Source: Myxococcota bacterium
GTDB taxonomy: Bacteria > Myxococcota_A > Bradymonadia > UBA7976 > UBA1532
Length of the DNA: 63,893 bases
NCBI GenBank assembly: GCA_036337435.1
Contig: JAYZEG010000061.1
Location: 1 to 63,893, forward strand
Direction: 5' to 3'
Within the stretch, counting starts at the first letter, position 1, and every line of letters begins with the position of its first letter. Below the pieces are notes generated by a model that was not told the DNA's origin, did not search any database, and worked only from the letters and a program-made list of their open reading frames with translations. Below are positions 47,680 through 57,360 of the stretch, piece after piece. Made by a program: the position numbers and the translations under genes.

Positions 47680-49528
47680 CGCTAGTGGACTGCTCATCTT
47701 GTTTGAGGCGTACATTGAATTCAAGATTCCAACGGCCATCGCCATTTCGCTCGACGCAGGACAGCAGGAGAGTTCCGATCTCGGTCACGTCAGCGCGCAG
47801 ATTGACAGCCACCCGTTGACCGTTAACCATACCTCCTTGAGGCGCGAGCGTCGTAACTATTTCTGGAAGTTCTTCCAGCTCATCATCATCCCAATCTTCT
47901 AAAATCGAGCCGGGTTGGTCGACTTGACGCATGGAAGACGCATAAAACCTAAAGGTCGCCGATTCTCCAACGTAGAGTCCAAATTCCTCATCTGGTAATT
48001 CTATGTGCGCGCCTTCTTCCAACCCGAATGGAACAAGGCAGACGGCCATCATCGGTGGTTCAAAGCCAGGAACAGCGGGCATCGCCTGTTCGACACCGAC
48101 ATAATACGACCTGGCGATGCCACCACGAATACGAATGCCACCACTCGCTTTAACACGGCCGAAGTAGGCGGCTCCTTGTGCAACAGAAACATCTAAGCTC
48201 TTGCTCTCGAGCACCTTTATGCCGGGCTTGTCAGCCTGATGGAGCCAACCATTCAAGACCGCGGTGACTCGATTGCGAAGTACGTCTGCCTTGAGAACGC
48301 CTCCATTAAATAAAACAGCCGTCGGATGGAGAAAGGTCTGACCGTCGTTTCCGCTCCCCTGCCTGGACAGAAAGTGCGCCAAGTGTCGGGTAATCCCAGC
48401 ATCTGCGGCATAAGGCAATCCCATCTCTGAGAAACCGGTTCTCCTCGCCTCGCGCGGTCGATCTTGGATCGAACACTCTGGGAAAAATCCATCCACTAAC
48501 AAACGGGTCAACTCGCTCCGAGTTAATTCAGCCCGAATGGTATTCCCAAAGAGTTTGGACCCCCGGCTCGGAACCACCAAAGGTACGCTGTCGCGCTCTA
48601 AGTCCGTCAGCAAGATTTCCTTGGCCGCGCGACAGCCCTGCGTGAGGGCTTGAAGCTGCCATCGGTCTAATTTGACACCTCGTTCTTTGCTCAAATGCTG
48701 GCGTACAGAAAACGCCAGTGCAAGGTCCATATTATCGCCGCCAAGTAGGATATGGTCTCCAACAGCAACCCGCCTTAACGCCAATTCACCAGTTTCTTCT
48801 TCAATGGAGATCAGCGAAAAGTCGGTGGTCCCTCCGCCCACATCGCAGACCAAAACGACATCGCCAGGTGCCAGTTGAGTACGCCATGCGTCACCCTGTT
48901 CATCTAACCACGCGTACAAAGCTGCCTGAGGTTCTTCCAGAAGAATTGGTCGTTCGAGACCAGCCATACGCGCAGCTTGAACAGTGAGGTCACGCGCAAC
49001 AGCATCGAAAGACGCTGGAACTGTGAGAACGACGTGTTGCTCCCGAAGTGAAGCGGCGTCAGGCCGAACATGCGCCCACGTTTTGACGAGATGCTCCAAG
49101 TACCTCTTGGATGCCTCGAGTGGAGAGATTTTTGAGACCGCATCCGAGGCGCCAAACGGCAAAAGTGGCGCATTTCGGTCCACCCCATCATGGCCCAACC
49201 AGGATTTGGCTGAAGCCACCAGGCGGTCCGGTACTTTAGCACCATGCTCCCGTGCGAAACGTCCAACGGTAAAGCGATCATTGTCGCCCCAAGGGAGGGC
49301 GAGTGCACCGTCCGCAAATTCTTGACCAGCGGGCAAATACAAAAATGAGGGCAGTAATTCCTCGGATGCTCGCTGACCCGGATTGATCACCTGCGGAATC
49401 CCATGGACAACCGGTTTATCGTCTGAATCGAGTGTAGCAGACGATAAGGCGCAATGGGTCGTCCCGAGATCGATGCCAACGGCATAGGCCGAGGGTCCGG
49501 TCTGGGCATCAGGTTCGTGGAGGCTCAT
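47669..49528 (-). CDS. Atypical Hsp70 family protein
   Basis: GIDLGTTH, SAKSWL, TVPASFD, EEPQAA, DVGGGTTDFS, LLGGDNMD, FNGGV and VAQGAA; ATGA overlap with the DUF2760 gene. Confidence 0.92.
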   Translation of the reverse strand: MSLHEPDAQTGPSAYAVGIDLGTTHCALSSATLDSDDKPVVHGIPQVINPGQRASEELLPSFLYLPAGQEFADGALALPWGDNDRFTVGRFAREHGAKVPDRLVASAKSWLGHDGVDRNAPLLPFGASDAVSKISPLEASKRYLEHLVKTWAHVRPDAASLREQHVVLTVPASFDAVARDLTVQAARMAGLERPILLEEPQAALYAWLDEQGDAWRTQLAPGDVVLVCDVGGGTTDFSLISIEEETGELALRRVAVGDHILLGGDNMDLALAFSVRQHLSKERGVKLDRWQLQALTQGCRAAKEILLTDLERDSVPLVVPSRGSKLFGNTIRAELTRSELTRLLVDGFFPECSIQDRPREARRTGFSEMGLPYAADAGITRHLAHFLSRQGSGNDGQTFLHPTAVLFNGGVLKADVLRNRVTAVLNGWLHQADKPGIKVLESKSLDVSVAQGAAYFGRVKASGGIRIRGGIARSYYVGVEQAMPAVPGFEPPMMAVCLVPFGLEEGAHIELPDEEFGLYVGESATFRFYASSMRQVDQPGSILEDWDDDELEELPEIVTTLAPQGGMVNGQRVAVNLRADVTEIGTLLLSCVERNGDGRWNLEFNVRLKQDEQSTSDEP

Positions 49529-50142
49529 AGCTCAATCTCCGCCGGCATCAGAACAAAAGGGTCGGCCGCATCGGTTAAGTCCGGTAAATCGACCTGGGAA
49601 GCATACCACCCTGCATGCTCTAGCGTGCCTGTAAACGGGGGTTCACCGACCACATTCCCAGTCAGCGAGATGCGCTGACGGTCGAATCCATCATCCACTG
49701 TCACTCGGCTGCCTTCATCGCCCGGCCAGACCGCTTCGATGCTCATGTACCTCTGTAATACAGTCCGACAGCCGCCATGTACGACCCGCGCGACAGCACC
49801 GATCTCGTCATCGGCGTGGTGCGTCAAATCCTGCATAATAAAATCAACAAAACGACCTTCCCGCTGTAAGGCGCCAACCAACTGCAGTGCTTTGCGATCC
49901 AGGCTCACCGATGTGATCATTGGCTCCGTGTGAGTTGAGGCGTCCATCGGCGCAACTGGCATTGTATCAAGCTCAGCTGGGCGCTCATCGGCTTCCTTCA
50001 CAGGGTCTGTTTCGACTGAGTGATCAACGGCATCGGATTGAGTCGACGCTAAAACACGACCGGCAAATACGCCGTCGAAAAGGATTCTGAAGAATGCACT
50101 GAAAGCCAGTGCAATGCGTTGACCAAAGCTCGGTTTGTTCAT
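49525..50142 (-). CDS. DUF2760 domain protein
   Basis: ALQL...LQREGRFVDF...IGAVARVVH.GC...GNVVGEPPFTG.L.H.GW...PAEIEL; AGGAGG RBS; usual position ahead of the paired Hsp70 genes. Confidence 0.88.
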   Translation of the reverse strand: MNKPSFGQRIALAFSAFFRILFDGVFAGRVLASTQSDAVDHSVETDPVKEADERPAELDTMPVAPMDASTHTEPMITSVSLDRKALQLVGALQREGRFVDFIMQDLTHHADDEIGAVARVVHGGCRTVLQRYMSIEAVWPGDEGSRVTVDDGFDRQRISLTGNVVGEPPFTGTLEHAGWYASQVDLPDLTDAADPFVLMPAEIEL

Positions 50143-50416
50143 GCCTGCCTCCTGCGGGTTTGTAAGCCGTTTTACTGGGTCAGCTGACCATCAGCCCATG
50201 GCTCTCAAATACGTGTTTGGAAGTGAGATAGTGCTCTCTCTACGGCCCTTTATACGCGAGGTTTGCGTCCGAGGCGACCCCTTTTGCAAAGGCAATTGAC
50301 CACGGCTGATTCTAAAGTCCAATCGCCACCTGGGAGACAAGGGTCATGAGCTTAGACAGTCAGCGTGTAGAATCTGGCACGATTACCGGGCGTTCCGGCC
50401 ATGCTATGGATGGCAG

Positions 50417-50908
50417 TTAAGCACCGTCCGATGCATCGGGACGACCTTGGGAGATTTCGTCCTCTGACGCGTCTCGAATATCCACAATCTCGACGTCAAA
50501 GTGCAGGGTGACTCCGGCCAGGGGGTGATTGGCGTCCACGTAAACCGTATCGTCTTCAACTTTCTTAATCCACACAGGGAAGACTTCTCCGGTCCCCGCC
50601 TGCACAGAAAAGGTGGCCCCTTCAAAAAGTTGGGCATCATCTGGGAATGCCGAGCGTTCGACAGGCTGAGGGCCTGGTTCTTGGTACTCACCGTATCCTT
50701 CAGATGGCGCGATGACCGCAACAAATTTATCACCGGCTTGGTGTCCGATCATGTGCCGTTCAAGACCAGGTACAATGTTCTTAGCCCCATGCAGGTAAGC
50801 CAGTGGTTTGGCACCCAATGATGAATCCAATTGCTCGCCTGCATCGTTGGTCAGCGTATAATGGAAACGCACGACTTTGTTATTCTCAACTTTGGATGCA
50901 TCAGCCAT
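50417..50908 (-). CDS. slyD: FKBP-type peptidyl-prolyl isomerase SlyD without His-rich tail
   Basis: VVRFHYTL, PLAYLHG..NIVPGLE, PSEGYG and VDANHPLAGVTLHFDVE.V.IRDA. The track start of 51082 is too long. Confidence 0.9.
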   Translation of the reverse strand: MADASKVENNKVVRFHYTLTNDAGEQLDSSLGAKPLAYLHGAKNIVPGLERHMIGHQAGDKFVAVIAPSEGYGEYQEPGPQPVERSAFPDDAQLFEGATFSVQAGTGEVFPVWIKKVEDDTVYVDANHPLAGVTLHFDVEIVDIRDASEDEISQGRPDASDGA

Positions 50909-51246
50909 GTAGACGTCCCGCCCTTTATTCCGTATCACGGGCATCGCATGATCGCGGGCACACGTCAAATTGTTCACTGTGGACACACGAACCGTGATGA
51001 CAATTGACAGACCGACCCTGAACAAAATTAACCTTGATATTGCTCGGTATCGTACCAGTTGAGCCCATTGACTTGGTTTCAACGCGGTGCTGGTCCTGGA
51101 CTATTTTCACAGACCACTCATTCTTACAAATTCCTTTCGGATCCTGCTCATTTCATCTGTACGTGTGCATTGCGATAATCGTTTGGTTGATCTTGATCGG
51201 TGACCGAACTGCTGTTACTGCTCCAGCCCGCTGAGCTCGTTTTTTT

Positions 51247-52548
51247 ATGCATAGAATTTTATTAATACTCACCGAATTCCCACCTCGCATCGGAGGCATG
51301 CAAACCCACGCGGTCAATTTGGCGCGATGCTTACTCAGACGAGGCTTCGCTGTCGAGATCGTGACTTACAGAGCAAGTGGTCGTGATGAAACAAGTGCCA
51401 TTGATGCGTTTGATGCTCATTTTCCGTGTACCATTCACCGGGCTTTGTCTCGCATCGGCCATGTCCAGAACATCCGCCGTCTCATTGGACTCTCAAAGAA
51501 ATTTAAGCCAGACCTCATTTACACATCGACGGTGTTCTATGGAAAGGTGGGCGAGTCCCTCGGCATTCCAATGGTTGCCCGCTCTGTAGGTAATGACGTA
51601 CAACGGCCGTGGATCGTATATCCCTTTTCGTTCATGTCGCGTCTGACAAGCCATCCAGTGCTGGAAGACAAATTGTATTCGTGGTTCAAGCGCCTAGATT
51701 CGCCTGAATTCATCGAGGCGTTATTCAAGTCGCGCCGCCGTAAAATCATGATCGAATCTGCCCGCTGCTATCAGAAAATCTTAGCCAATAGTGAATACAC
51801 ATCTCAGCTCCTCCAGCGCATCGGCATCACTGAGACGCAGATTCAAACTGTCATCGGCGGCGTCGACTATGCGTCCTTTTCGAGCCAGCCATCGCCCATA
51901 GGAAATCGGTCTCAACTGGGTTTTTCAGAGGATGATTTTATCCTGATTACGGTCTGTCGGTTGGTCCCCAAAAAAGGAATCGATTTTCTAATCGAACACA
52001 TGCCGACTCTGTGTGCAGTGGTACCAAATCTCAAACTTGTCATCGTCGGGTCGGGTCGAAAAATGAAATCGTTGACATCTCAAGCTGCCCGGTCGGCGAG
52101 GCGTGAAAGAATTCAGTTTATGGGACAAATTCCACATGAGCAAATCAGGCAAATCTATGGAATCGCAGATGCGATGATCCTCGCCAGTCGAATCCACATC
52201 GACAAGAAGACCGGCTTACAAGATGCGGAGACAATGGGCCGGGTTCTCTGCGAGGCGAATGCCGCTCAGGTACCCGTTATCGCCAGCGCGTCAGGAGGGA
52301 TTACAAGTGTCATTGAACATGAGCACAACGGACTTCTCTTCAAAACCGACGACATTAATTCTCTTTGTTTGCAACTCACGAGACTGTGCAATGAACCGGT
52401 GCTCCGTCGAAGACTCATTGAAACTGGACAAGCCTGGGCTGAGACTCGCTTCGATTGGTCCGTCATCATGGATGCACATGCGGACGTCTTTAAAGAAGTG
52501 GCTCTACGAGAGTCTGGTTCTGAACTGACAGAAAAATCCGAGGCGTGA
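51247..52548 (+). CDS. GT4 family glycosyltransferase (PimB-like)
   Basis: EFPPRIGGMQ, ANSEYT, VCRLVPKKG, and ETMGRVLCEA (ExxxxxxxE motif). Confidence 0.9.
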   Translation: MHRILLILTEFPPRIGGMQTHAVNLARCLLRRGFAVEIVTYRASGRDETSAIDAFDAHFPCTIHRALSRIGHVQNIRRLIGLSKKFKPDLIYTSTVFYGKVGESLGIPMVARSVGNDVQRPWIVYPFSFMSRLTSHPVLEDKLYSWFKRLDSPEFIEALFKSRRRKIMIESARCYQKILANSEYTSQLLQRIGITETQIQTVIGGVDYASFSSQPSPIGNRSQLGFSEDDFILITVCRLVPKKGIDFLIEHMPTLCAVVPNLKLVIVGSGRKMKSLTSQAARSARRERIQFMGQIPHEQIRQIYGIADAMILASRIHIDKKTGLQDAETMGRVLCEANAAQVPVIASASGGITSVIEHEHNGLLFKTDDINSLCLQLTRLCNEPVLRRRLIETGQAWAETRFDWSVIMDAHADVFKEVALRESGSELTEKSEA

Positions 52549-52562
52549 GGAAGTGCAATGCA

Positions 52563-53189
52563 CTATAAGAGTCGCTTTCCCCTCGGTGGCCAGATGAGTT
52601 TCTTAGCAGAAACGGCGTCTAAGACCACTTTAGCGACGGGGTCGACGTCGCCATCCGGAATCAGGGTTGAGTCTTCGAAGTAAACGGCCAATCTCTGGGT
52701 CAACCAAGCATCCAGAGACTCCGCGAGTGGAACCACTGACAGGATAAGGTCAAGAAAAACCAAGACGACGCCCCCGCCGTCTTCCGCAATCTCGAGAGCG
52801 AGCACTTCTCCATTGGGTTTCAGCTTCGCGAAGGGCAGCAAATTTAATGAATCGTCAGTCACACCCGCCAATTCGCTCAAAAAAGACCACTCTTGAATGA
52901 CTTCATCTGGCGTCAGCAGATGAAATTGCCCGCTGGGTGCAAGGCGGGAATCAATCCCGGCAGCCTGTGCTCCTGCGGCCTTAAGAAACCACTCAAAATG
53001 AATGCCTTCTGCGATAGTCCAAAGGGGGTAAAGGGCTTCAGCTTTCGGTAGACCAGGCTGCGACTTCAAACGGTCAATCTGCTCGGTCGACGCGGGTGCT
53101 TTAGACTCCAGCTTTGCATAGAAAGCCTGAGGTTCAGCATTGAGTTTCTTGGCAAATCCGTCCAAATGGTCGAGCAGATCCAAAATCAT
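52563..53189 (-). CDS. SMI1/KNR4 (SUKH)-like protein
   Basis: PASTEQI..L...G, LW...EG, LLTPDEV..EW, LLPFA...NGE.LAL and LAESLDAWL follow the SUKH pattern; ATGA overlap with the upstream gene. Confidence 0.6.
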   Translation of the reverse strand: MILDLLDHLDGFAKKLNAEPQAFYAKLESKAPASTEQIDRLKSQPGLPKAEALYPLWTIAEGIHFEWFLKAAGAQAAGIDSRLAPSGQFHLLTPDEVIQEWSFLSELAGVTDDSLNLLPFAKLKPNGEVLALEIAEDGGGVVLVFLDLILSVVPLAESLDAWLTQRLAVYFEDSTLIPDGDVDPVAKVVLDAVSAKKLIWPPRGKRLL

Positions 53190-55936
53190 AATTGGCTCTC
53201 TTTGGAGTCCGAGTCGAGTCGTGGACTTGAGTTGGATTCGTGCGTGTTTCGCAGAGTTGCCGCAGCCCCTCGGGCGTTGACCGCCTCTGATTTTTGGTCC
53301 AGTTTATCATAGAAATCAGCCAGTCGTTCATGGGTTGCAGCCGCTTCCAGATTGCAGCCGGCCTCGACAAACTGACTGATGGACTCTTGGTACTTTTCAA
53401 CAGCCCTGTTCGCATGTTTCTGACGCGCTTGCTCGCCACTCGCACCATACTTAGCGACAAACAGCTCAGCTGTCATTCGCTGCAATTGCCCATGCAACCG
53501 AGGAATATCCAACTCCTGACACAACTCATCGGCCAATTCTAGTTCGGCTACAGCTTCTGACCATTTCTCACTTCGCATCAGAATCGCAGCGCGATTTAAA
53601 CGAATGCTGGCGAGTGCCCGGGGGTTGGCTCCAAGATCCGCCCACTGGAGGGCCCGATCAAAATAGTCCGCCGCATCAACGAGCTTATCCTGGCTAAGAT
53701 AGGCCTCACCCAGGTTGCCGCCAAGCATAGCCTGAAGGCCACTGTCACCGATTAACGCGGCGAGTTCTAGGCCCTCGTTCCATGCATCAATGGCCTTGTC
53801 GGTATGCCCCTGGTTGAGCCAAGTTGCCCCCAGGTTACACAGCCCGGCAGCAACGCCCCTGGGATCATCACATGCGTTCCTCAATTTAATGGCACGTCGG
53901 TAGAACCGCTCCGCTTCTTCCAGATCGCCGCGATCATAATGCAGACTGGCGATCGCATCTGCAGTCACCCCGAGGCCGTGCTGATTGCCCAATTGCTCAT
54001 AGGTTCTTTCGGCTTTTCGATAGGACTGAAGTGCTTCAACATGCCGTCCTTTTAACCAGTAAACGCGCCCCATTTGGACGCATGTTTTTGCAAGCCCATC
54101 TTTGACGTTTTTTTCTTCGTATAAGCGCATAGCTGATTCGAAATGTCTTTCAGCTCGATGGTATCGACCGGCTCCAGCTTCGGCTTCACCGATCCGAACA
54201 AGCGCATCGGCTCCTTGCTGTCGTTCTCGCAATTGCCACGCCATGTGGAGTGCAGTTTGGAAGCTGACGAGCGCACCATCATGATCACCGAGGGCAAGAC
54301 GTGCTTGACCCAAACCAATGGCGATGTGGAGTCGAGTTGGGCGATCGTCTTCGTGGACGAGCGCGTCCGCTTGCTCGTAATAGAGCTGCGCCTCGCTGGG
54401 AATATGCTCGTTTAAAGCTTCGCTGGCTGCTTTGATATTGTAGCGCACAGCACGTGTCTTATCTCCGGAATACTCAGCGTGTCTTGCCAATTCGACCAAA
54501 TACTCTCGATCGGTGTGATCTGAGTGGACCCGCAACCATTGTTCGACCACAGCGTGCAAACGTTGCCGAGCCGCTTCGGGTACGATTGTCGCCGCGACTT
54601 TGTGGTGCAGCGATGAACGGAACATCCATGCATCTTCCGCCGTCAAGCGCGTCTCTTCTCTCTGAATGAACCTCAAAGCGGCCAGTCGTTCAAGGGACCG
54701 ACTGATGGACCAACTTAAGTTGTCACGAACGGTGTCTCCGGGCTCTTCCATCGGTAGAATATCTCGCCGCTCGATGGCAACGATTGTTCCCGTCCAAAAC
54801 ACAGGTCCAACAACCGCTGCGAGCCCTAAGATGGTCCTGTCTCGTGGAGACAGAGTGCCCAAACGAGCAAGGATGACGCCCTCCAAGTCTTCAGGCCACT
54901 CCAAGTCCCAACAGACACTCTCGTCAACGATATATTGGCCAGCTTGAACCCGAATCGCCCCGGCCTCACCGAGATAGTGGAGCATGGACTTGATTGCCCA
55001 TGGATTGCCTCGTCCTCGTTCAACAATGCGTTCGACCAACTCGTCGGGTACGTCTTGCAAGCCCGTGAGAAACATTTTGACGATCTCTTGACTGCTCTTC
55101 TTGGGTAAGGCGTCTACAACGGTGACTGGAAACCGCTCCCAACCGGGAAGAATCTGAGTCAATTCGGGTGTCCCCGTCAGCAACATCATCGCGGGTCTAT
55201 CCTTGAGGGACGCTTCCAAAGCCCCCATGAGAGCCAAACTTGAGCTACTCCCCCTATTGGCCTGAGCCACAATCAGGAGAAATGGCTCACTGGCGACTGC
55301 TGTCAAGAGACGAGATAAAGCACCGACGCCCCGACTCACGACCGCTTCACCGTCCCCTTCTCCAGAGACCTTCTGCCCTTCGAACTGATACCCGAGGAGG
55401 TCGGCAATTGCACGGGCCACTTCAGTGGCTTCCTCTTGCAGGTACTGACCAACGCCAGCCCGCAATAGGTCAGCGAACTCAATTCCTGTTGCTGTATCGG
55501 GGATCTCAAACATCTCTCTGAGGATGACGTCCCACAATCGATAAGGTCCACCACGTTCGGGACACCGAACCCGAATGATCTTTGCATCGGGCTCTCGCTT
55601 CTTAGCATCAGCGGCGAGTCGCCGGGTAATCTGGCTCTTGCCCATTCCAAATTCCGACACCAAAAGGTGCAGCCGACTCGTCCAGGTCGACACCGTCGTC
55701 GTCCAGCCATTCAGCAACTCATGAAGAACTTTTTCTCGTCCAACAAGACGATTAGGGAGTCGTGACGGATTCCAAGGAAATGGAGGCCAACCGGCCACAA
55801 CCTCAGGCTCCTGAGTTGTCGCAATATCCAATTCGAATGCGAGCTCGTTGCCGGGCCGAGCCGGGAGCAATGTTAAGCATTCTTCACAAAATGGAAAGTC
55901 ACTGACATTCTCATGCTGACAAGATGGACATTTCAT
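53186..55936 (-). CDS. Zinc-ribbon + STAND-type (AAA_16-like) P-loop domain + TPR-repeat protein
   Basis: MKCPSC..EN....FCEEC; LVGRE; SEFGMGKS; GNPW (GxP motif); ILARL..L; AAVVG..F; C-terminal TPR array. The track start of 56053 is probably too long. Confidence 0.85.
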   Translation of the reverse strand: MKCPSCQHENVSDFPFCEECLTLLPARPGNELAFELDIATTQEPEVVAGWPPFPWNPSRLPNRLVGREKVLHELLNGWTTTVSTWTSRLHLLVSEFGMGKSQITRRLAADAKKREPDAKIIRVRCPERGGPYRLWDVILREMFEIPDTATGIEFADLLRAGVGQYLQEEATEVARAIADLLGYQFEGQKVSGEGDGEAVVSRGVGALSRLLTAVASEPFLLIVAQANRGSSSSLALMGALEASLKDRPAMMLLTGTPELTQILPGWERFPVTVVDALPKKSSQEIVKMFLTGLQDVPDELVERIVERGRGNPWAIKSMLHYLGEAGAIRVQAGQYIVDESVCWDLEWPEDLEGVILARLGTLSPRDRTILGLAAVVGPVFWTGTIVAIERRDILPMEEPGDTVRDNLSWSISRSLERLAALRFIQREETRLTAEDAWMFRSSLHHKVAATIVPEAARQRLHAVVEQWLRVHSDHTDREYLVELARHAEYSGDKTRAVRYNIKAASEALNEHIPSEAQLYYEQADALVHEDDRPTRLHIAIGLGQARLALGDHDGALVSFQTALHMAWQLRERQQGADALVRIGEAEAGAGRYHRAERHFESAMRLYEEKNVKDGLAKTCVQMGRVYWLKGRHVEALQSYRKAERTYEQLGNQHGLGVTADAIASLHYDRGDLEEAERFYRRAIKLRNACDDPRGVAAGLCNLGATWLNQGHTDKAIDAWNEGLELAALIGDSGLQAMLGGNLGEAYLSQDKLVDAADYFDRALQWADLGANPRALASIRLNRAAILMRSEKWSEAVAELELADELCQELDIPRLHGQLQRMTAELFVAKYGASGEQARQKHANRAVEKYQESISQFVEAGCNLEAAATHERLADFYDKLDQKSEAVNARGAAATLRNTHESNSSPRLDSDSKESQL

Positions 55937-56092
55937 CTTCGCGCGTCCTTCGTTGAATGGTGCTTCGTCAAAGTCATAAGCCCGACATGGCCTGTACTTA
56001 TTTGTCCCCGATGGCCGGTATATACACGGAAAAGACCAGAAACCCCAGGCCAATTTTACCTCGGCGGATGGGCTTAAAAAATGATTTTCACC

Positions 56093-57322
56093 CTATTGAT
56101 CTTCGTCCAACCGACAGTCGAGTGTGCAGACTCCATCGACACAGCGACCTTCAACACATCCGGCAGATGCTGTGCAAGACTCGCCCGAACGAGGCATTGG
56201 CTGACAAATCCCATCTAGGCAAGACGAATTAATGTCACAGAAGCGAGGGCTTCCGAAGTGAAGGCCGCAAGCCGAGCCCATGGCAGGCAATGCCTCACAA
56301 ATGCCTGCTAAAGACCCCGCATTTGAGTCTATGCCAGCACAGAATAGACCGGCCGCACACCACAATTCGGGTGCCGAATGAGCGGGCCGACAGGGTTCGC
56401 CAAGCTGAGGCCTTTCTTCGCACTGTCCCACGGAGGCATTGGGGTCGTCCAACGCTGATCTGCAAATCAAGTCAAGTGCGCAGTTGTCCGCGGGCCCGTC
56501 CCCTTCGAGAGCTGTGCAACTCTCACCACGCGTTCTCGAATAGACCTGATCAAAAGGAACACAGGTTCTCGGCGTTGTGGTGCCGCACACAAGCCCAGGG
56601 CGACACTTTACAAAATCACATGGCTGATTTACGTCGGCACGCAATTCCAGGAACTGTTTCTGGACGCAGATTTGGCTGCTGTCGCAGTCGAGACCAGCAC
56701 GACATTGATTCTCACCGTCAATAGAACAACGCTCGCCCTCTGCTGATAGGGGCTGACACGTTGCCTCACAGCCGTTGTCACCTGGGCAAAAGCCATCCTT
56801 GCACTCGCTGTCGAGAGAACAACGCTGCCCGAGCTCGACGGCACCCTCGATGGGACCGGCACACGCTTCCTCAAAGTCTTCACGATCAACCTGCTGGCAC
56901 GTGCTGCTCCCAATGGCCGCAATACAGCGAGCCAATTCCTTGGGTATATAAGTGACTCGACCGGCATCAATCGCTGCCTCGATGTCAGCTAAGCCTCGAC
57001 CGAGGCTTGCACTTAAGGCCGAGATGCAATGGTCTCGATACAGAATGAATGTGGTTCGGATATCAGGGTAACATCGCTGAAACGAATCGCAGTAAGCCTC
57101 CGCCACACGCGTCGCAATTTCGTCGGCCACAAATTGCTGTGGAACCTCCGGAAGCGACTCCGTTGTCGATTCGCTGCATGCGACCCAGAGAGGGCTTAAA
57201 CCGAGCACAAACAAGACGGTACCAAAAGCCCAATGATTTGTGGCCTCGACCCATCCGAGACCCCACTTCGACGATGTTCGTCTGTTTTTTATTGAGTACG
57301 CAGCACGAAAAGAGTCAGACAT
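56093..57322 (-). CDS. Cys-rich lipoprotein (myxobacterial, Dickkopf-like G..C....C..GL.C repeats)
   Basis: Lipobox WVAC; AEAYC...RC and AIDAGRVTY motifs; many short Cys-rich modules. Start uncertain. Confidence 0.75.
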   Translation of the reverse strand: MSDSFRAAYSIKNRRTSSKWGLGWVEATNHWAFGTVLFVLGLSPLWVACSESTTESLPEVPQQFVADEIATRVAEAYCDSFQRCYPDIRTTFILYRDHCISALSASLGRGLADIEAAIDAGRVTYIPKELARCIAAIGSSTCQQVDREDFEEACAGPIEGAVELGQRCSLDSECKDGFCPGDNGCEATCQPLSAEGERCSIDGENQCRAGLDCDSSQICVQKQFLELRADVNQPCDFVKCRPGLVCGTTTPRTCVPFDQVYSRTRGESCTALEGDGPADNCALDLICRSALDDPNASVGQCEERPQLGEPCRPAHSAPELWCAAGLFCAGIDSNAGSLAGICEALPAMGSACGLHFGSPRFCDINSSCLDGICQPMPRSGESCTASAGCVEGRCVDGVCTLDCRLDEDQ

Positions 57323-57360
57323 GGTTGCACCTGAGCCAAGGGTATCGCAAAGTAGGGAGT

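Noticed and set aside
50143..50416. Heat-shock elements (CIRCE) or a sigma54 site near the Hsp70 operon
   Set aside because: No TTAGCACTC-N9-GAGTGCTAA is present. The TGGCACG near 50375 is on the opposite strand and lacks a -12 GC.
57049..57360. N-terminal extension of the first cNMP-binding ORF
   Set aside because: It overlaps the divergent Cys-rich lipoprotein gene; the domain begins at ATG 57361, which has an RBS.
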